Positions 9,901-22,684 of a DNA stretch of 64,000 bases are shown here, one piece after another (position 1 is the first letter of the stretch; each line of letters begins with the position of its first letter). Made by a program: the position numbers and the translations under genes. The stretch comes from a bacterium (lineage in GTDB: Bacteria; Patescibacteriota; Patescibacteriia; SG8-24), in assembly GCA_043825985.1 (NCBI GenBank), contig JBDRRB010000062.1:1245-65244 (forward strand), given 5' to 3'. A model generated the notes under the pieces. The model made no database searches and was not told the origin of the DNA. It saw only the letters and a program-made list of their open reading frames with translations.

Positions 9901-10014
9901 GTCACCGGAGAAAAAGACCTGAAGCTTTTGCTCTAACCCAACCAATCCGGACAGCTCCTTGCGGCTAGGTGCCGCAAATGGCATCCTTACTCAGACTTTT
10001 ACCGAAAAATCCTT

Positions 10015-11325
10015 ATGTTGGACATGAATTTCGTCAGAGATAACGTTGACCTGGTCAGGGCTGCCCTGGACAACAAGCGAACCAAGGTCGACCTTGACCG
10101 TCTGCTCGAGCTGGATGTCCAGCGGCGGCAGCTCCAGGTCGAAACGGAAACGCTGCGGGCCGAACAGAACCGAGCTGGCGAAGAAATCGCCAAGGAGTCG
10201 GATCCTGAAAAGAAATCCGAGGCCATAGGCGCGATGAAGCAGCTGAAAGACCGACTCAGGGCAGCGGAGGAACGTCTCGAGCCCGTCCGGCAGGAATTCG
10301 AGCTACTGCTGCTGGCGCTGCCGAACGTGCCGTTCGACGACGTTCCGGTCGGACCGGACGAGTCGGCCAACCAGGTACTGCACAGCTGGGGCGAGCCAAA
10401 AAAGTTCGACTTTCCAGTTAAGGATCATCTTGAGTTGGGCGAGGCGTTGGGGCTGATCAACGTCGAGCGGGCCGCCGAGGTCTCAGGCAGCCGTTTCGTC
10501 TATCTGGTCGGAGGCTTGGCCAGAATGCAGTTCGCGCTGTTGCAGTACGTACTGAATATCCTGACCGACCGGGAACAGATCCGTCAGACCATTGAACGCG
10601 CCGGCCTGGAGCTGTCGGATACTCCTTTCGTGCCAGTCGTCCCGCCGCTCATGATCCGGCCGGAGGCTTTCGCCCGTATGGCCCGGCTCGAGCCGCGCGA
10701 GGAGCGCTACCATATACCCTCCGACGACCTGTACCTGATCGGCAGTGCCGAACACACGCTCGGTCCGCTGCACATGGACCAGCTGCTGAAGGAGGCCGAC
10801 CTGCCGCTGCGCTACTTCGCCTACACTGCCGCCTTCCGTCGGGAAGCCGGCTCCTACGGACAGGACACCCGTGGCATCATCCGCCAGCATCAGTTCGACA
10901 AGATCGAAATGGAGACTTTCTGCCTTCCCGAGTCGTCCCGTAGCGAGCAGGAGCTTCTGGTCGCCCTACAGGAGCGGTTCCTGCAGGACCTGGAGTTGCC
11001 CTACCAAGTGATGAACGTCTGCACCGGTGACATGGGCAAGCCGGACGCCCGGCAGATCGACATGGAGTGCTGGATGCCGGGACAAGGGAAATACCGGGAG
11101 ACGCATTCGGCCGACCTGATGACTGACTATCAGTCGCGGCGGCTGGGCACCAGAGTCCGACGGAACGACGGAGAGATCCAGTACGTCCACATGAACGACG
11201 CCACGGCGCTGGCCATGGGGCGCATCCTGGTCGCGATCATCGAGAATGGCCAGCAGGCCGACGGACGGATATCCGTACCGAAGATTCTGGTGCCAATGAT
11301 GGGCGGACTGGAGACGATCGGCTGA
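10015..11325 (+). CDS. serS: seryl-tRNA synthetase
   Basis: N-terminal tRNA-binding coiled-coil arm (MLDMNFVRDNVDLVRAAL... RQLQVETETLRAEQN) and a class II catalytic core. Confidence 0.92.
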   Translation: MLDMNFVRDNVDLVRAALDNKRTKVDLDRLLELDVQRRQLQVETETLRAEQNRAGEEIAKESDPEKKSEAIGAMKQLKDRLRAAEERLEPVRQEFELLLLALPNVPFDDVPVGPDESANQVLHSWGEPKKFDFPVKDHLELGEALGLINVERAAEVSGSRFVYLVGGLARMQFALLQYVLNILTDREQIRQTIERAGLELSDTPFVPVVPPLMIRPEAFARMARLEPREERYHIPSDDLYLIGSAEHTLGPLHMDQLLKEADLPLRYFAYTAAFRREAGSYGQDTRGIIRQHQFDKIEMETFCLPESSRSEQELLVALQERFLQDLELPYQVMNVCTGDMGKPDARQIDMECWMPGQGKYRETHSADLMTDYQSRRLGTRVRRNDGEIQYVHMNDATALAMGRILVAIIENGQQADGRISVPKILVPMMGGLETIG

Positions 11326-11336
11326 CGAGCTCGACA

Positions 11337-12473
11337 ATGACCGGAAACAAGCCCAAAACCTGGATCGAGGTGTCGGCCAAGGCATTAGTCAGCAATGTCG
11401 GAGAACTGAAACGCCAGTCCTCCGGCTCGAGCCTGATGGCCGTGGTCAAATCCAATGCCTACGGTCACGGAACTGCGGCCGTCGTGAAGGCGGTCGACGG
11501 TGTCGTCGACTGGTTCGGGGTCGATTCCCTGGTCGAAGCGGAGGAGGTACGACGCTCCGGTTCGCGACGGCCAGTGCTTATCTTGGGCTACACGCCCGTA
11601 GGCTCCCTGTGTCAGGTGGTGTCACACGGGTTCAGCCAGGTCACATACAGTCGACGAACGGCTGATGCCATGTCGCATTTCGGGTCTGTCAGGCGCCCAG
11701 CCAAGCTCCAGGTCAAAGTCGAGACCGGAACTTCGAGGCAGGGCGTGGACCTAGAGGACCTGCCGACGTTTTTCCGTTTTCTCTCAAAACTGAAGAACGT
11801 CAAAATTGAGGGTCTCTATACCCATTTCGCCAACGTCGAGGACACGACCGATCCGACCTACGCCAAGCTGCAGCTGAGGCGCTTCCGAAAGGCTGTCGAC
11901 ATCGCCGAAAAATACGGCATCCGACCACCGGTGATACATGCCGCCTGCAGCGCCGCAGCGATCATCTATCCAGAGACTCATTTCGACCTGGTAAGAACCG
12001 GGATATCTCTCTATGGGCTTTGGTCATCCAAAGTAACTCAGGCAGCCGCAGCCGAGACCGGCATAAACCTCAGACTGAGGCCGGCCTTGACCTGGAAGAC
12101 CACCGTCGCCCAAGTCAAAAATCTCTCCGCCGGCACGCCGGTCAGCTACGGTCTGACCGAAAAGGTCCGCCGGCCGTCACGGGTGGCGGTTCTTCCGATC
12201 GGATATTGGGACGGTTTCGACCGTCGGCTGTCGTCAATCGGCAATGTTCTGGTTCGGGGGCATCGAGCCAAGGTGATCGGACGAGTCTGCATGAACATGT
12301 GTGTCGTCGACGTCACGGACATTCGTGGGGCCAGAGAAGGCGACGAGGCGGTCATCTTGGGCCGGCAGGGACAAGAGGAAATAACGGCCGAAGAGTTGGC
12401 TGACCGCATCGGCACCATCAACTACGATGTCGTGACCGGAATAAACCCACTGTTGCCGCGCTATCTGGTCTGA
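11337..12473 (+). CDS. alr: alanine racemase
   Basis: PLP-lysine motif VVKSNAYGHG. TIM-barrel plus C-terminal beta domain. Confidence 0.9.
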   Translation: MTGNKPKTWIEVSAKALVSNVGELKRQSSGSSLMAVVKSNAYGHGTAAVVKAVDGVVDWFGVDSLVEAEEVRRSGSRRPVLILGYTPVGSLCQVVSHGFSQVTYSRRTADAMSHFGSVRRPAKLQVKVETGTSRQGVDLEDLPTFFRFLSKLKNVKIEGLYTHFANVEDTTDPTYAKLQLRRFRKAVDIAEKYGIRPPVIHAACSAAAIIYPETHFDLVRTGISLYGLWSSKVTQAAAAETGINLRLRPALTWKTTVAQVKNLSAGTPVSYGLTEKVRRPSRVAVLPIGYWDGFDRRLSSIGNVLVRGHRAKVIGRVCMNMCVVDVTDIRGAREGDEAVILGRQGQEEITAEELADRIGTINYDVVTGINPLLPRYLV

Positions 12474-12557
12474 TTCCGCCGCAAGATGGACTGCCCTTGC
12501 CTTGAACTGCCCTAGATGAAAGACTAAACGCGACAGTATTCGTCCCCACTACAGGCA

Positions 12558-13562
12558 ATGAAGGACTTCCATGGAAAAAACGCCCGCCGAGGCGTACGCG
12601 ACTACAGCCGACGCAGCTACGGGAATCCGCTATTCAGCGGCCAGCAGAAGAAGCGTCGAGCCCGCGATCCTCGCCGAATCAAGGCGATCGCCATTGGCGT
12701 GTTAATTTTAGCGCTGATTCTGCTGACCTTCTGGTACCTGTTCTGGGGCCAGGCCTTTCGCATCTCGAACGTCTCGATCGAAGGAGCGACGGCCGACACG
12801 TCGACGGAGATTCGTGGAATGATCGAGGAGCGCCTAAAAAAGAGGTGGTTGTTGGTCATGCCACAATCGTCCATTTTCATCTTCGATACCGACGAATCGA
12901 TTGGTGATATCGAAAGTCGATTTTACCTTGAGCAGCTTGAACTGAGAAAAAAGTTGCCAGGAACAATTTCGGTCAATGTCAGGGAAAGAGAAATGGTCGG
13001 GGCATTCTTGGCCCGCGGACAGTTCCTGGCAATTGACGCGGAAGGTTACGTGATCCGAGAGCTGACCAAGCGTGAACGCGTCTCGCTCGTCGACTTGCCG
13101 GACGGCTTTGAAGGGGTCGCGGCCAGTGAGTTGGGGGCGGAATCGGTCAACGTAGTTGAGATCGACCAGGCTGCGGCTGAACAAGAGACGGCAAAAAAGA
13201 ACAGCAACCCGCTCCCTCTGATTCTGGATTGGGAAAAGGTCGGCGACAACTACCATCCAGGGAGCGCGGCCGTATCCAACGAGATGCTTAGGCTTGTGCT
13301 TCAGGCCAACGCCCAGCTGCCGGACGTCTCTGACTCGGGAATCAGATGGTTTGCCCTCGACTCGGCCGCCGACACGGTTGACGTGATGCTCAAGGGGGGC
13401 TGGCACGTGTACCTGACCACCTTAATACCTTTTGATGTCCAGGCCAGCCGCCTGTCCCTGGTGCTAAAGGAAAAGATAGGCGACAGGCGAGATGAACTCG
13501 AATACGTTGACCTCCGTTACGACGAAAGAATATTCTTCCGATTTATTGGGGAAGTCAATTAA
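12558..13562 (+). CDS. cell division protein FtsQ/DivIB-like (POTRA domain)
   Basis: Basic cytoplasmic N-terminus, single TM (AIAIGVLILALILLTFWYLFW), then a POTRA-like ISNVSIEG...IFIFD...ISVNVRERE block. Confidence 0.6.
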   Translation: MKDFHGKNARRGVRDYSRRSYGNPLFSGQQKKRRARDPRRIKAIAIGVLILALILLTFWYLFWGQAFRISNVSIEGATADTSTEIRGMIEERLKKRWLLVMPQSSIFIFDTDESIGDIESRFYLEQLELRKKLPGTISVNVREREMVGAFLARGQFLAIDAEGYVIRELTKRERVSLVDLPDGFEGVAASELGAESVNVVEIDQAAAEQETAKKNSNPLPLILDWEKVGDNYHPGSAAVSNEMLRLVLQANAQLPDVSDSGIRWFALDSAADTVDVMLKGGWHVYLTTLIPFDVQASRLSLVLKEKIGDRRDELEYVDLRYDERIFFRFIGEVN

Positions 13563-13640
13563 TTATTAAAAAGACAGATCTTGTTTTTTGGCTTAAATAA
13601 GGCATAAAAAAGGACTTTTCGTTATCTATGTCAAAGACTA

Positions 13641-13669
13641 TTGACAAAATTGGATAAATATGATATATT
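13641..13669 (+). promoter_or_regulatory. sigma70-like promoter in the AT-rich intergenic region upstream of the dsbA-like gene
   Basis: TTGACA (13641-13646), exact 17-nt spacer, TATATT (13664-13669). Gives a ~190-nt leader to the CDS at 13864. Confidence 0.5.
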
Positions 13670-13863
13670 TCTAATTGTACCCAGTCGATCTACCGGAGAC
13701 ATCTCCGTGTACATCCGACGGGTATTTTTTGTCTACCTCTCGGCTATTGGTGAATAAGTCGCCTGTGACTACATAGGCTTATCTGCTAAAGTAAATTACT
13801 ACCGGCTGACAGGAGGGGATTATGGTCGGTAAAAGTGGTTTAAATTTTTACCATACTTAAACT

Positions 13864-14604
13864 ATGGGTCACGAAGGAAACATGTCTGTTTCACCCAAGG
13901 CAAGCTTTGCCCTGGGTCTAGTTGGAGGAGTGCTGGTACTCTGTACCATCGGTTTCTTTGTCCTGCTGGGACTAATGATTAACGGTCAGGATTCTCTCGG
14001 GTACAACAATGACCCGCTGGTGGCAAATGACCCGACCATCGATCCGGTGGTCTACGACGATCCCGGCGACCAGGTCGGAGAGATAACGCCGATTAACGAC
14101 AGCGATCACGCCGTTGGCCCGACCGACGCGGCAGTGACGCTCTTTGTCTATTCGGATTTCGAGTGTCCTTACTGCGGAAGGTTTCACCTTTCGGTCAAAC
14201 AGCTGATAGCGGATCTCGGCGACCAGGTTCAGGTCGTCTTCCGCAACTACCCGCTCTCGTTCCACCCCAACGCTCGTCCGGCGGCCAATGCGGCCGAGTG
14301 TGCCGGAGAACAGGGCAAGTTCTGGGAATTTGCCGACGGACTGTTTGAGGACCAAAGCCTGCTCGGAGCCAGCCGCTATAAGGAGCTGGCCACTAGGGTG
14401 GGGCTGAACGTCAGCCAGTTTGATGACTGCGTGGCCAAGTCGAAGTTCGACGCCAAGATCAGCTCTGATCTTTCAGGCGGAATGACGGCCGGCGTACAGG
14501 GAACTCCAGGGACAATAATCGTCGGCAGCGACGGACAGCCAACCCTAGTTCCAGGAGCGATTCCTTACGAGCAGCTTAAGGGAATGGTTCAGGCTGTGCT
14601 CTAA
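13864..14604 (+). CDS. DsbA-family thiol:disulfide oxidoreductase (membrane-anchored)
   Basis: N-terminal TM helix and a thioredoxin fold with the CPYC active site (FECPYCGRFH). Confidence 0.88.
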   Translation: MGHEGNMSVSPKASFALGLVGGVLVLCTIGFFVLLGLMINGQDSLGYNNDPLVANDPTIDPVVYDDPGDQVGEITPINDSDHAVGPTDAAVTLFVYSDFECPYCGRFHLSVKQLIADLGDQVQVVFRNYPLSFHPNARPAANAAECAGEQGKFWEFADGLFEDQSLLGASRYKELATRVGLNVSQFDDCVAKSKFDAKISSDLSGGMTAGVQGTPGTIIVGSDGQPTLVPGAIPYEQLKGMVQAVL

Positions 14605-14632
14605 AGAAGGATTTATCCGAACGAAGAAAGAG

Positions 14633-14670
14633 GAAGCTCCGGCCCAAGGCCGGAGCTTTTCTTTGTTTCT
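14633..14670 (+). terminator. rho-independent terminator after the dsbA-like gene
   Basis: gctccggcccaaggccggagc followed by ttttctttgttt. Confidence 0.7.
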
Positions 14671-14730
14671 CAAAATTTGCCCAAAACCAGAGCCCCTGCT
14701 AATGTCGGCGTGCTTCATAAGGAGAAGCCA

Positions 14731-14904
14731 GTGAAAAAAATTCTCTCGTTCCTTAGAACTCAGGGTGCCAGCGAGGAATCCTTGGCCTTTTTTCTTGCCA
14801 GCTTACTGGAACCGACCGCTGACTGGCGACCGATTCGGAATAGGGACGGGTCGTGGCGTCTCACCGAGGAAGGGGATCTCAAGCTGAGGCCGGACATGAG
14901 CTAG
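14731..14904 (+). CDS. possible small protein (about 57 aa) with GTG start
   Basis: Strong SD AAGGAGA lies 6 nt before GTG at 14731. The ORF VKKILSFLRTQGASEESLAFFLASLLEPTADW... has no homology that I can place. Confidence 0.25.
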   Translation: MKKILSFLRTQGASEESLAFFLASLLEPTADWRPIRNRDGSWRLTEEGDLKLRPDMS

Positions 14905-15061
14905 ATAGGCCGGTCGACGATAACCTGTACAGAATCAGGAGCGGAAGGATTCCAAAGACTCCTGACCAATCTTGGAGAGATTCAAGCGAGCCCACTGATC
15001 TCAACAGTCAAGCTCGAAGAGGTATAACACCGACCTCCATCTCCATTCGTTTCAAACTAAT

Positions 15062-15090
15062 GCACCGCCACATGGCGGTGTTTTTTAATA
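15062..15090 (+). terminator. rho-independent terminator-like hairpin
   Basis: caccgccacatggcggtg followed by tttttt, inside a gene-free AT-rich kilobase. Confidence 0.5.
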
Positions 15091-15615
15091 GACTTCGGCA
15101 GAGTAGGAGAGAGGATCCCCTCGGGGACTTTTGGCGACGTCGAAAACTTAATATGTTGTGACGCACAATATACCTTAAACGACACATTAAGCTTTTTTTT
15201 CTCCTGCTAACCATAAATTCTTTTCCCTTCCACTTTCTCCATAAAAACACCACCTGCTAACTCATATCCGAAGGTATCCCCATGCCTTCCCAAACAACAC
15301 AGACCATTTAAACGCCTCGCTGATCTCGTCTTTCTTGGTGTTTCGGGGCTAGTATAGGTCATACTATCTCTTTCGCAATTTCAGGACCGCGGCAACCGTT
15401 TTTCGCTTTCACAAAAAAGCGAAAAATCTTTTAAAGAATTAATCTGGTCAGACGAACTATTCTATCTCCTACCAAATCAAAAAAACCGTGCGAAGACAGT
15501 TTTTTGCACCAATCTAAATTTTCCCCATTTTCCCCCGCTCTTTCTTCTTCTCTTGTTTGCCCTCTGAATAACTATTTTACGACACTATTTCTTTTTCCTC
15601 TCTTTAAAATAAAAA

Positions 15616-16866
15616 CTACAAAAGATAATTCAACGGATTAACCGGTATTCCGCCTTGCCTCACCTCAAAGTGAAGATGGGGACCAGTGGTTAGCTTTCCC
15701 GCTCCGGGAGTTCCGGGCATCCCGCCCGAATAGCCGATGATCTCTCCCCTTTCGACAAAGGTATCTTCCTTTACCGTGATTTTGCTTAAGTGTCCGTAGA
15801 CCGACGACAGGTCATTTCCATGCACCAACAGAACGTAGCTGTAGCCCATTCCGGCATTCTTGGCCCGGCCAACTATTCCGGATGCCACTGCGCGAATCGG
15901 CGTACCCTGATAGGCCCTGATGTCTATCCCCGGATGCTCGAAGACATTACGGAATGGATAGTCCGGATCGTGAAAATTGGTCGAGAGACCGCGGTCCGGA
16001 TTGACCGGCCAAGAAAGAGATCCGGTACCTTGCCCGAGTCTTTCGGCCAGATCCATCTTCGAGCGCAACGACTTCTCGAGCGTCACTATTTCGGAATCCG
16101 CCTCAGACTGCTCGCGCTTCAGCTCGGCCAGCATGTAGCGATACTCCAGCTCGGAGGACATCGTCTCTGACAGCAGGGACGTCTTCAGCGACATGTCGTC
16201 CTCCAACTTTCGGCGCGTGGCCTCCAGGGCCAATCTCCTCGAAGTGACGTCAGCCCGTTTCAATTCGCTTTCCTGTTGCTGTTCCTCCAGTCTGACCCTC
16301 AGACCGTCGATCCTCTTTACCGAATCGTGCATTCGTCTCTCAAGAGACACGACGGAATAAAGCTCGTCAAAGAACCCGGAAAAGGTGTCGTGCGACAGGA
16401 GTATCTCCAGCACGCTCTGATCAGACTGCCGATAGTGAAGCTGCCGGACCAGCGACCCGAGCATGTCCCTCTCCCGTTCGACCTGGTCTTGGGCCTCCTT
16501 AATCCGGCCCTCGAGCCGGACCATCTGGAGCTCAATCGACTTGATCTCCTGTTCCGAAACTTCAATGCTGACCTTCGTCTTGGCTACCTGGCTTTCGATC
16601 AGGTTAATCTGATCGCCGAGGGTTGCCCCTTCGATCTTTTTTTCCGAGATCAGCTTCTTGTAGTGATCGATCCGGTCATTGAGTTCCTTGACCTGCTCCC
16701 GCTTCCTCTGGACCTCGGAATTGATGTTCTCGATCTCGCCGCTGACGTCCGCACTGGCCGCCAAAACTCCCGATGGACAAACGAGACCAAGGGCCAAAAC
16801 GAAAATCAATGACGCGTAGGCGATTCTCAGACACCCCTCCTTTCCTCCCTTGCTTCGTTCGACCAT
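15616..16866 (-). CDS. M23-family peptidase with N-terminal coiled coil (EnvC/LytM-like murein hydrolase or activator)
   Basis: Signal/TM sequence and long coiled coil. C-terminal LytM domain with HPGIDI...HLHFEV zinc ligands. Confidence 0.88.
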   Translation of the reverse strand: MVERSKGGKEGCLRIAYASLIFVLALGLVCPSGVLAASADVSGEIENINSEVQRKREQVKELNDRIDHYKKLISEKKIEGATLGDQINLIESQVAKTKVSIEVSEQEIKSIELQMVRLEGRIKEAQDQVERERDMLGSLVRQLHYRQSDQSVLEILLSHDTFSGFFDELYSVVSLERRMHDSVKRIDGLRVRLEEQQQESELKRADVTSRRLALEATRRKLEDDMSLKTSLLSETMSSELEYRYMLAELKREQSEADSEIVTLEKSLRSKMDLAERLGQGTGSLSWPVNPDRGLSTNFHDPDYPFRNVFEHPGIDIRAYQGTPIRAVASGIVGRAKNAGMGYSYVLLVHGNDLSSVYGHLSKITVKEDTFVERGEIIGYSGGMPGTPGAGKLTTGPHLHFEVRQGGIPVNPLNYLL

Positions 16867-18342
16867 TCAAATCTTTTCTATCGCAGAATCTATTCGACGA
16901 AGTGTTGCTTCGCGACCTATGGCCCAGGCCACCTCAAACGGTCCCGGGGAAGCCGCCAACCCGGTCAGCGCCACCCGCATGGGCCAAAGTGTCTCCGCGT
17001 TGGTCCACCCTCGTTCAACGATCATTTCCAGTACTGTCTTCTCCAATCCCTCTCGACTGTCGAAATCTTTGACGTCCAGCGAAGAAAGAAAATCCCTCAG
17101 TCCGGTCAGCCTGTCCTTGGCTATCTCCGGGGTGGATTTCTTCCACGGCAGGCGCTGGCTGTCGGGATCCGGATCGACGAAGATGAAGGTCAGCCTCTCC
17201 GGCATTTCCGCTAGCGTCTTGACGCGGTTCTTCTCCAACCTTACGGCCTTTACTATCGCCGCTCGATCGCTGAACCCAGCTGCCTCAAAAAACGGCATTG
17301 CCCGCTCGGCCAGGTCATCTTCCGAGCATGACTTGATGTACTCGGAATTCATCCAGTCCAGTTTCTCCAGGTCAAAGACTGCCCCACCACGATTGACCTT
17401 GTTCAGGTCGAAGGACGAGACGAGTTCATCGACCGAATAGATCTCCCGGTCGCCGCTTGGATTCCACCCCAACAGCGCGACGAAATTCACCAACGCCTCC
17501 GGCAGGTAGCCCTTCTTTTTGTAGTCCTCGACAGCCACGTCCCCCTGCCGTTTCGACAGCTTCGACCGGTCCTTGTTCAGCAGCAGCGGCAGGTGGGCGT
17601 ACTCGGGCTGCGGCCAACCGAAGGCCTGGTATAGCAGAATGTGCTTGGGCGTCGACGGACACCACTCCTCACCGCGCAGGACGTGCGTAATCCCCATCAG
17701 GCGATCGTCAACCACGACCGCCAAGTGATAGGTCGGAAAACCGTCGGACTTCATCAGCACCTGATCGTCGATCTGGCTGTTCGCTATCTCCACCCGTCCG
17801 CGGATCAAGTCGTCCCAACCCGTAACGCCTTCCGTCGGTACGGCTAATCTGACTACGAACGGACGGCCTTCGCTCTCCAGTCTTTTGCAGGCCTCGTCGT
17901 CCAAACCGCGGCAGTGCCGATCGTACATGGTCTGACCGCCTTCGGATCGCTGGCGCTCTCTCATATCCTCCAACCGTTCCGAAGTGCAGTAACAGCGATA
18001 GGCCTGACCGCCCTCGATCAGCTGGTCGACATACTTTCGGTAGATGTCGAGCCGTTCGGACTGAACGTATGGTCCGAAATTGCCGCGCTGCCTGACTGTG
18101 CCGTCACTGTCCAGATAGGGTCCCTCATCCGGCTCAATTCCGGCCCACTGCAGGGTTCGGATAATGTTCTCTACTCCGCCTTCCACCAGTCTGGTCTGGT
18201 CAGTGTCCTCTATTCTTAGGATAAAAGCCCCACCGTTCTTTCTGGCCAAGAGGCTGTCATAAAGTGCGGTCCTCAAACCGCCGACATGCAGAAAACCTGT
18301 CGGCGACGGGGCAAACCTGACTCTGACCTTGTTCATGCTCAT
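16867..18342 (-). CDS. gltX: glutamyl-tRNA synthetase
   Basis: VRFAPSPTGFLHVGGLRTA (HIGH-type motif) and KLSKRQG (KMSKS). Confidence 0.93.
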   Translation of the reverse strand: MSMNKVRVRFAPSPTGFLHVGGLRTALYDSLLARKNGGAFILRIEDTDQTRLVEGGVENIIRTLQWAGIEPDEGPYLDSDGTVRQRGNFGPYVQSERLDIYRKYVDQLIEGGQAYRCYCTSERLEDMRERQRSEGGQTMYDRHCRGLDDEACKRLESEGRPFVVRLAVPTEGVTGWDDLIRGRVEIANSQIDDQVLMKSDGFPTYHLAVVVDDRLMGITHVLRGEEWCPSTPKHILLYQAFGWPQPEYAHLPLLLNKDRSKLSKRQGDVAVEDYKKKGYLPEALVNFVALLGWNPSGDREIYSVDELVSSFDLNKVNRGGAVFDLEKLDWMNSEYIKSCSEDDLAERAMPFFEAAGFSDRAAIVKAVRLEKNRVKTLAEMPERLTFIFVDPDPDSQRLPWKKSTPEIAKDRLTGLRDFLSSLDVKDFDSREGLEKTVLEMIVERGWTNAETLWPMRVALTGLAASPGPFEVAWAIGREATLRRIDSAIEKI

Positions 18343-19109
18343 TTCACTTTAATGATACCAAATCGCTGCCCCACGACCAACGCCGGAAAGACGAACGTGG
18401 CCGTTAGTATGCGTCCGATCCGCCTTGGCTGCAAGACCAGCCTCCATAGCCATTCCAGCCCGACCGAACGCATGAACGCCGGCGCCCGACGGACATTCCC
18501 TGACCAGAAATCGAACGCTCCGCCGATACCCATCGCCACCCTCACCGACGGGAGACTCGACAGGTGGGCCTGGATCCACTTTTCCTGCTTGCCGTGACCG
18601 AAGGCGACAAAAACCACAGCCGGACTTGCGGCCTCGATCTTTCGCCGAAGCTCGTCGGAAAGAATCGGCCGGCCCTGACTGTCCATCTCCACCACCCCGC
18701 CGTCGTCCGCGCCGACGACCATCAGTCCCCGATGTCCGGCCGACATCACTCTGGCCGCCTCCGCCGCAGTGCCCGGCCCGCCGCCGAGAAAAAATACACT
18801 GGCTCCTAATTCGGCCGCCAGACCGCAGACTTCGTTCATCAGGTCAGTACCGGTCACCCGTTCAGAAATTCTTCGGCCAAGAATTTTTGCCAGCCAGACT
18901 ATCCCTACCCCATCGGGGATATTGATGTCTCCGGTTTTGAGAGTGTCGCAAAACGAAGGATCCCTCCAGGCCGCAACCAAGATCTCCGGATTCGGGGTGA
19001 ACACTGCCCTACCCCGCCCATTTTTCGCTAACAAAAAACCCCTTATTCTATTCTTAACCTCTTCGCCGGTTAGCGCATCTACCGGCACGCCAAAAAAACT
19101 GACTATCAT
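18339..19109 (-). CDS. tagA: WecB/TagA/CpsF-family glycosyltransferase
   Basis: Family-typical layout GVPVDALT...FTPNPEI...GIVWLAK...FVAFGHGKQEKWI. Overlaps the gltX start by 4 nt. Confidence 0.7.
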   Translation of the reverse strand: MIVSFFGVPVDALTGEEVKNRIRGFLLAKNGRGRAVFTPNPEILVAAWRDPSFCDTLKTGDINIPDGVGIVWLAKILGRRISERVTGTDLMNEVCGLAAELGASVFFLGGGPGTAAEAARVMSAGHRGLMVVGADDGGVVEMDSQGRPILSDELRRKIEAASPAVVFVAFGHGKQEKWIQAHLSSLPSVRVAMGIGGAFDFWSGNVRRAPAFMRSVGLEWLWRLVLQPRRIGRILTATFVFPALVVGQRFGIIKVK

Positions 19110-19196
19110 AGTAAGGCTAGAATATCACGTCGCCCGAAAAATCAGGCAAAAATCGTCCGTTTGAGCTCACTTCCCCATCAAAAAGAGGACATCTTC

Positions 19197-19225
19197 TTGA
19201 CATACCTACCCATTGGCCTGACAAT
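19197..19225 (+). promoter_or_regulatory. candidate clpB promoter
   Basis: TTGACA (19197-19202), 17-nt spacer, GACAAT (19220-19225). The predicted start falls inside the CIRCE element. Confidence 0.4.
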
Positions 19226-19229
19226 TGGA

Positions 19230-19256
19230 TTAGCACTCTTGTTTAGGGACTGCTAA
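19230..19256 (+). promoter_or_regulatory. CIRCE (HrcA operator) inverted repeat upstream of clpB
   Basis: TTAGCACTC-ttgtttagg-GACTGCTAA against consensus TTAGCACTC-N9-GAGTGCTAA: 17/18 matches with the exact 9-nt spacer. It lies 18 nt upstream of the clpB start. Confidence 0.8.
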
Positions 19257-19273
19257 ACGAGAAAACGTGATCC

Positions 19274-21931
<2,658 letters not shown>

Positions 21932-21952
21932 GAACCGACCCGAATCAAGACG

Positions 21953-21990
21953 AAACGCCCCGGATTTTAATCCAAGGGCGTTTTGTTATC
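21953..21990 (+). terminator. possible terminator after clpB
   Basis: aacgcccc...gggcgtttt stem with a long loop and a weak T-tract. Confidence 0.35.
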
Positions 21991-22399
21991 CGGCGACACT
22001 AGCCGAAAATACGCTGTCTGACGCGATCGATCCCATTCCCCGGCCCGCCGACCGAGACAAAACAAAGACCCCCGCTGTTCGCAGGGGCTATTGTTGCCGC
22101 GTTATCGAGATGTATGCTGCTGCTTCGGCGGCGACCGCGCCACCGACATCTTAACGGACGACTATGACGTCGGAAAGCGCCCCGACATACTGGCGCCACA
22201 TCGCCCTTATCTTCCTCCTGGCCATAACTTGGCTAAGTTACGGCACCGTGCTATAGTGACGGTGCCACAGTGCGTGGTTCGGGATGGACGAAAGTCCTCC
22301 CGGGAAAACGTCGCGCCAATCTCCCACGGGCGTGACGTTTTCATTTTCCAAAAACGACCTTTCTAAATTCAGGTGTCCTCGACAGCCGGTACCCCGTTT

Positions 22400-22672
22400 T
22401 CAGGCCAATTCCTTCTTCAGTTCCTCGATCCTGGCCCGCAGCACGCCCTCCATGTCCTTTATTCCCAGATGGCCGGCGGTGATCAGGCACCCGATGACCG
22501 TATTCGCCGCCCGGCGCTCGATGTCCTCCCGGTCCCGGCCCTGCCTGACCACCGACCACAGCTTCGTCACTGACTCGTGAATCCCGAGCAGGTCCTCGTC
22601 CTTGCTGTTCCGGTCGCACCGACAGTCGATGAGGCACGCCTCCTTAAGGATCTCATTGATGGAATTGTCCAT
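22400..22672 (-). CDS. small MazG-like all-alpha NTP pyrophosphohydrolase-like protein, co-operonic with lexA
   Basis: 90 aa. ESVTKLWSVV ... EDIERRAANTVIGCLITAGHLGIKDMEGVL resembles the paired EExxE/ExxD helices of MazG/HisE-type domains. It starts 12 nt after the lexA stop. Confidence 0.35.
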   Translation of the reverse strand: MDNSINEILKEACLIDCRCDRNSKDEDLLGIHESVTKLWSVVRQGRDREDIERRAANTVIGCLITAGHLGIKDMEGVLRARIEELKKELA

Positions 22673-22684
22673 AAGACGACCCGA

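Noticed and set aside
22195-22300. Possible tRNA near the hairpin ggcaccgtgctatagtgacggtgcc and a ggttcgggat segment
   Set aside because: I could not assemble a cloverleaf. There is no GTTCRANNC T-loop with an adjacent acceptor stem, and nothing at the anticodon-loop spacing. It is more likely a stem-loop in the lexA-operon 3' region.
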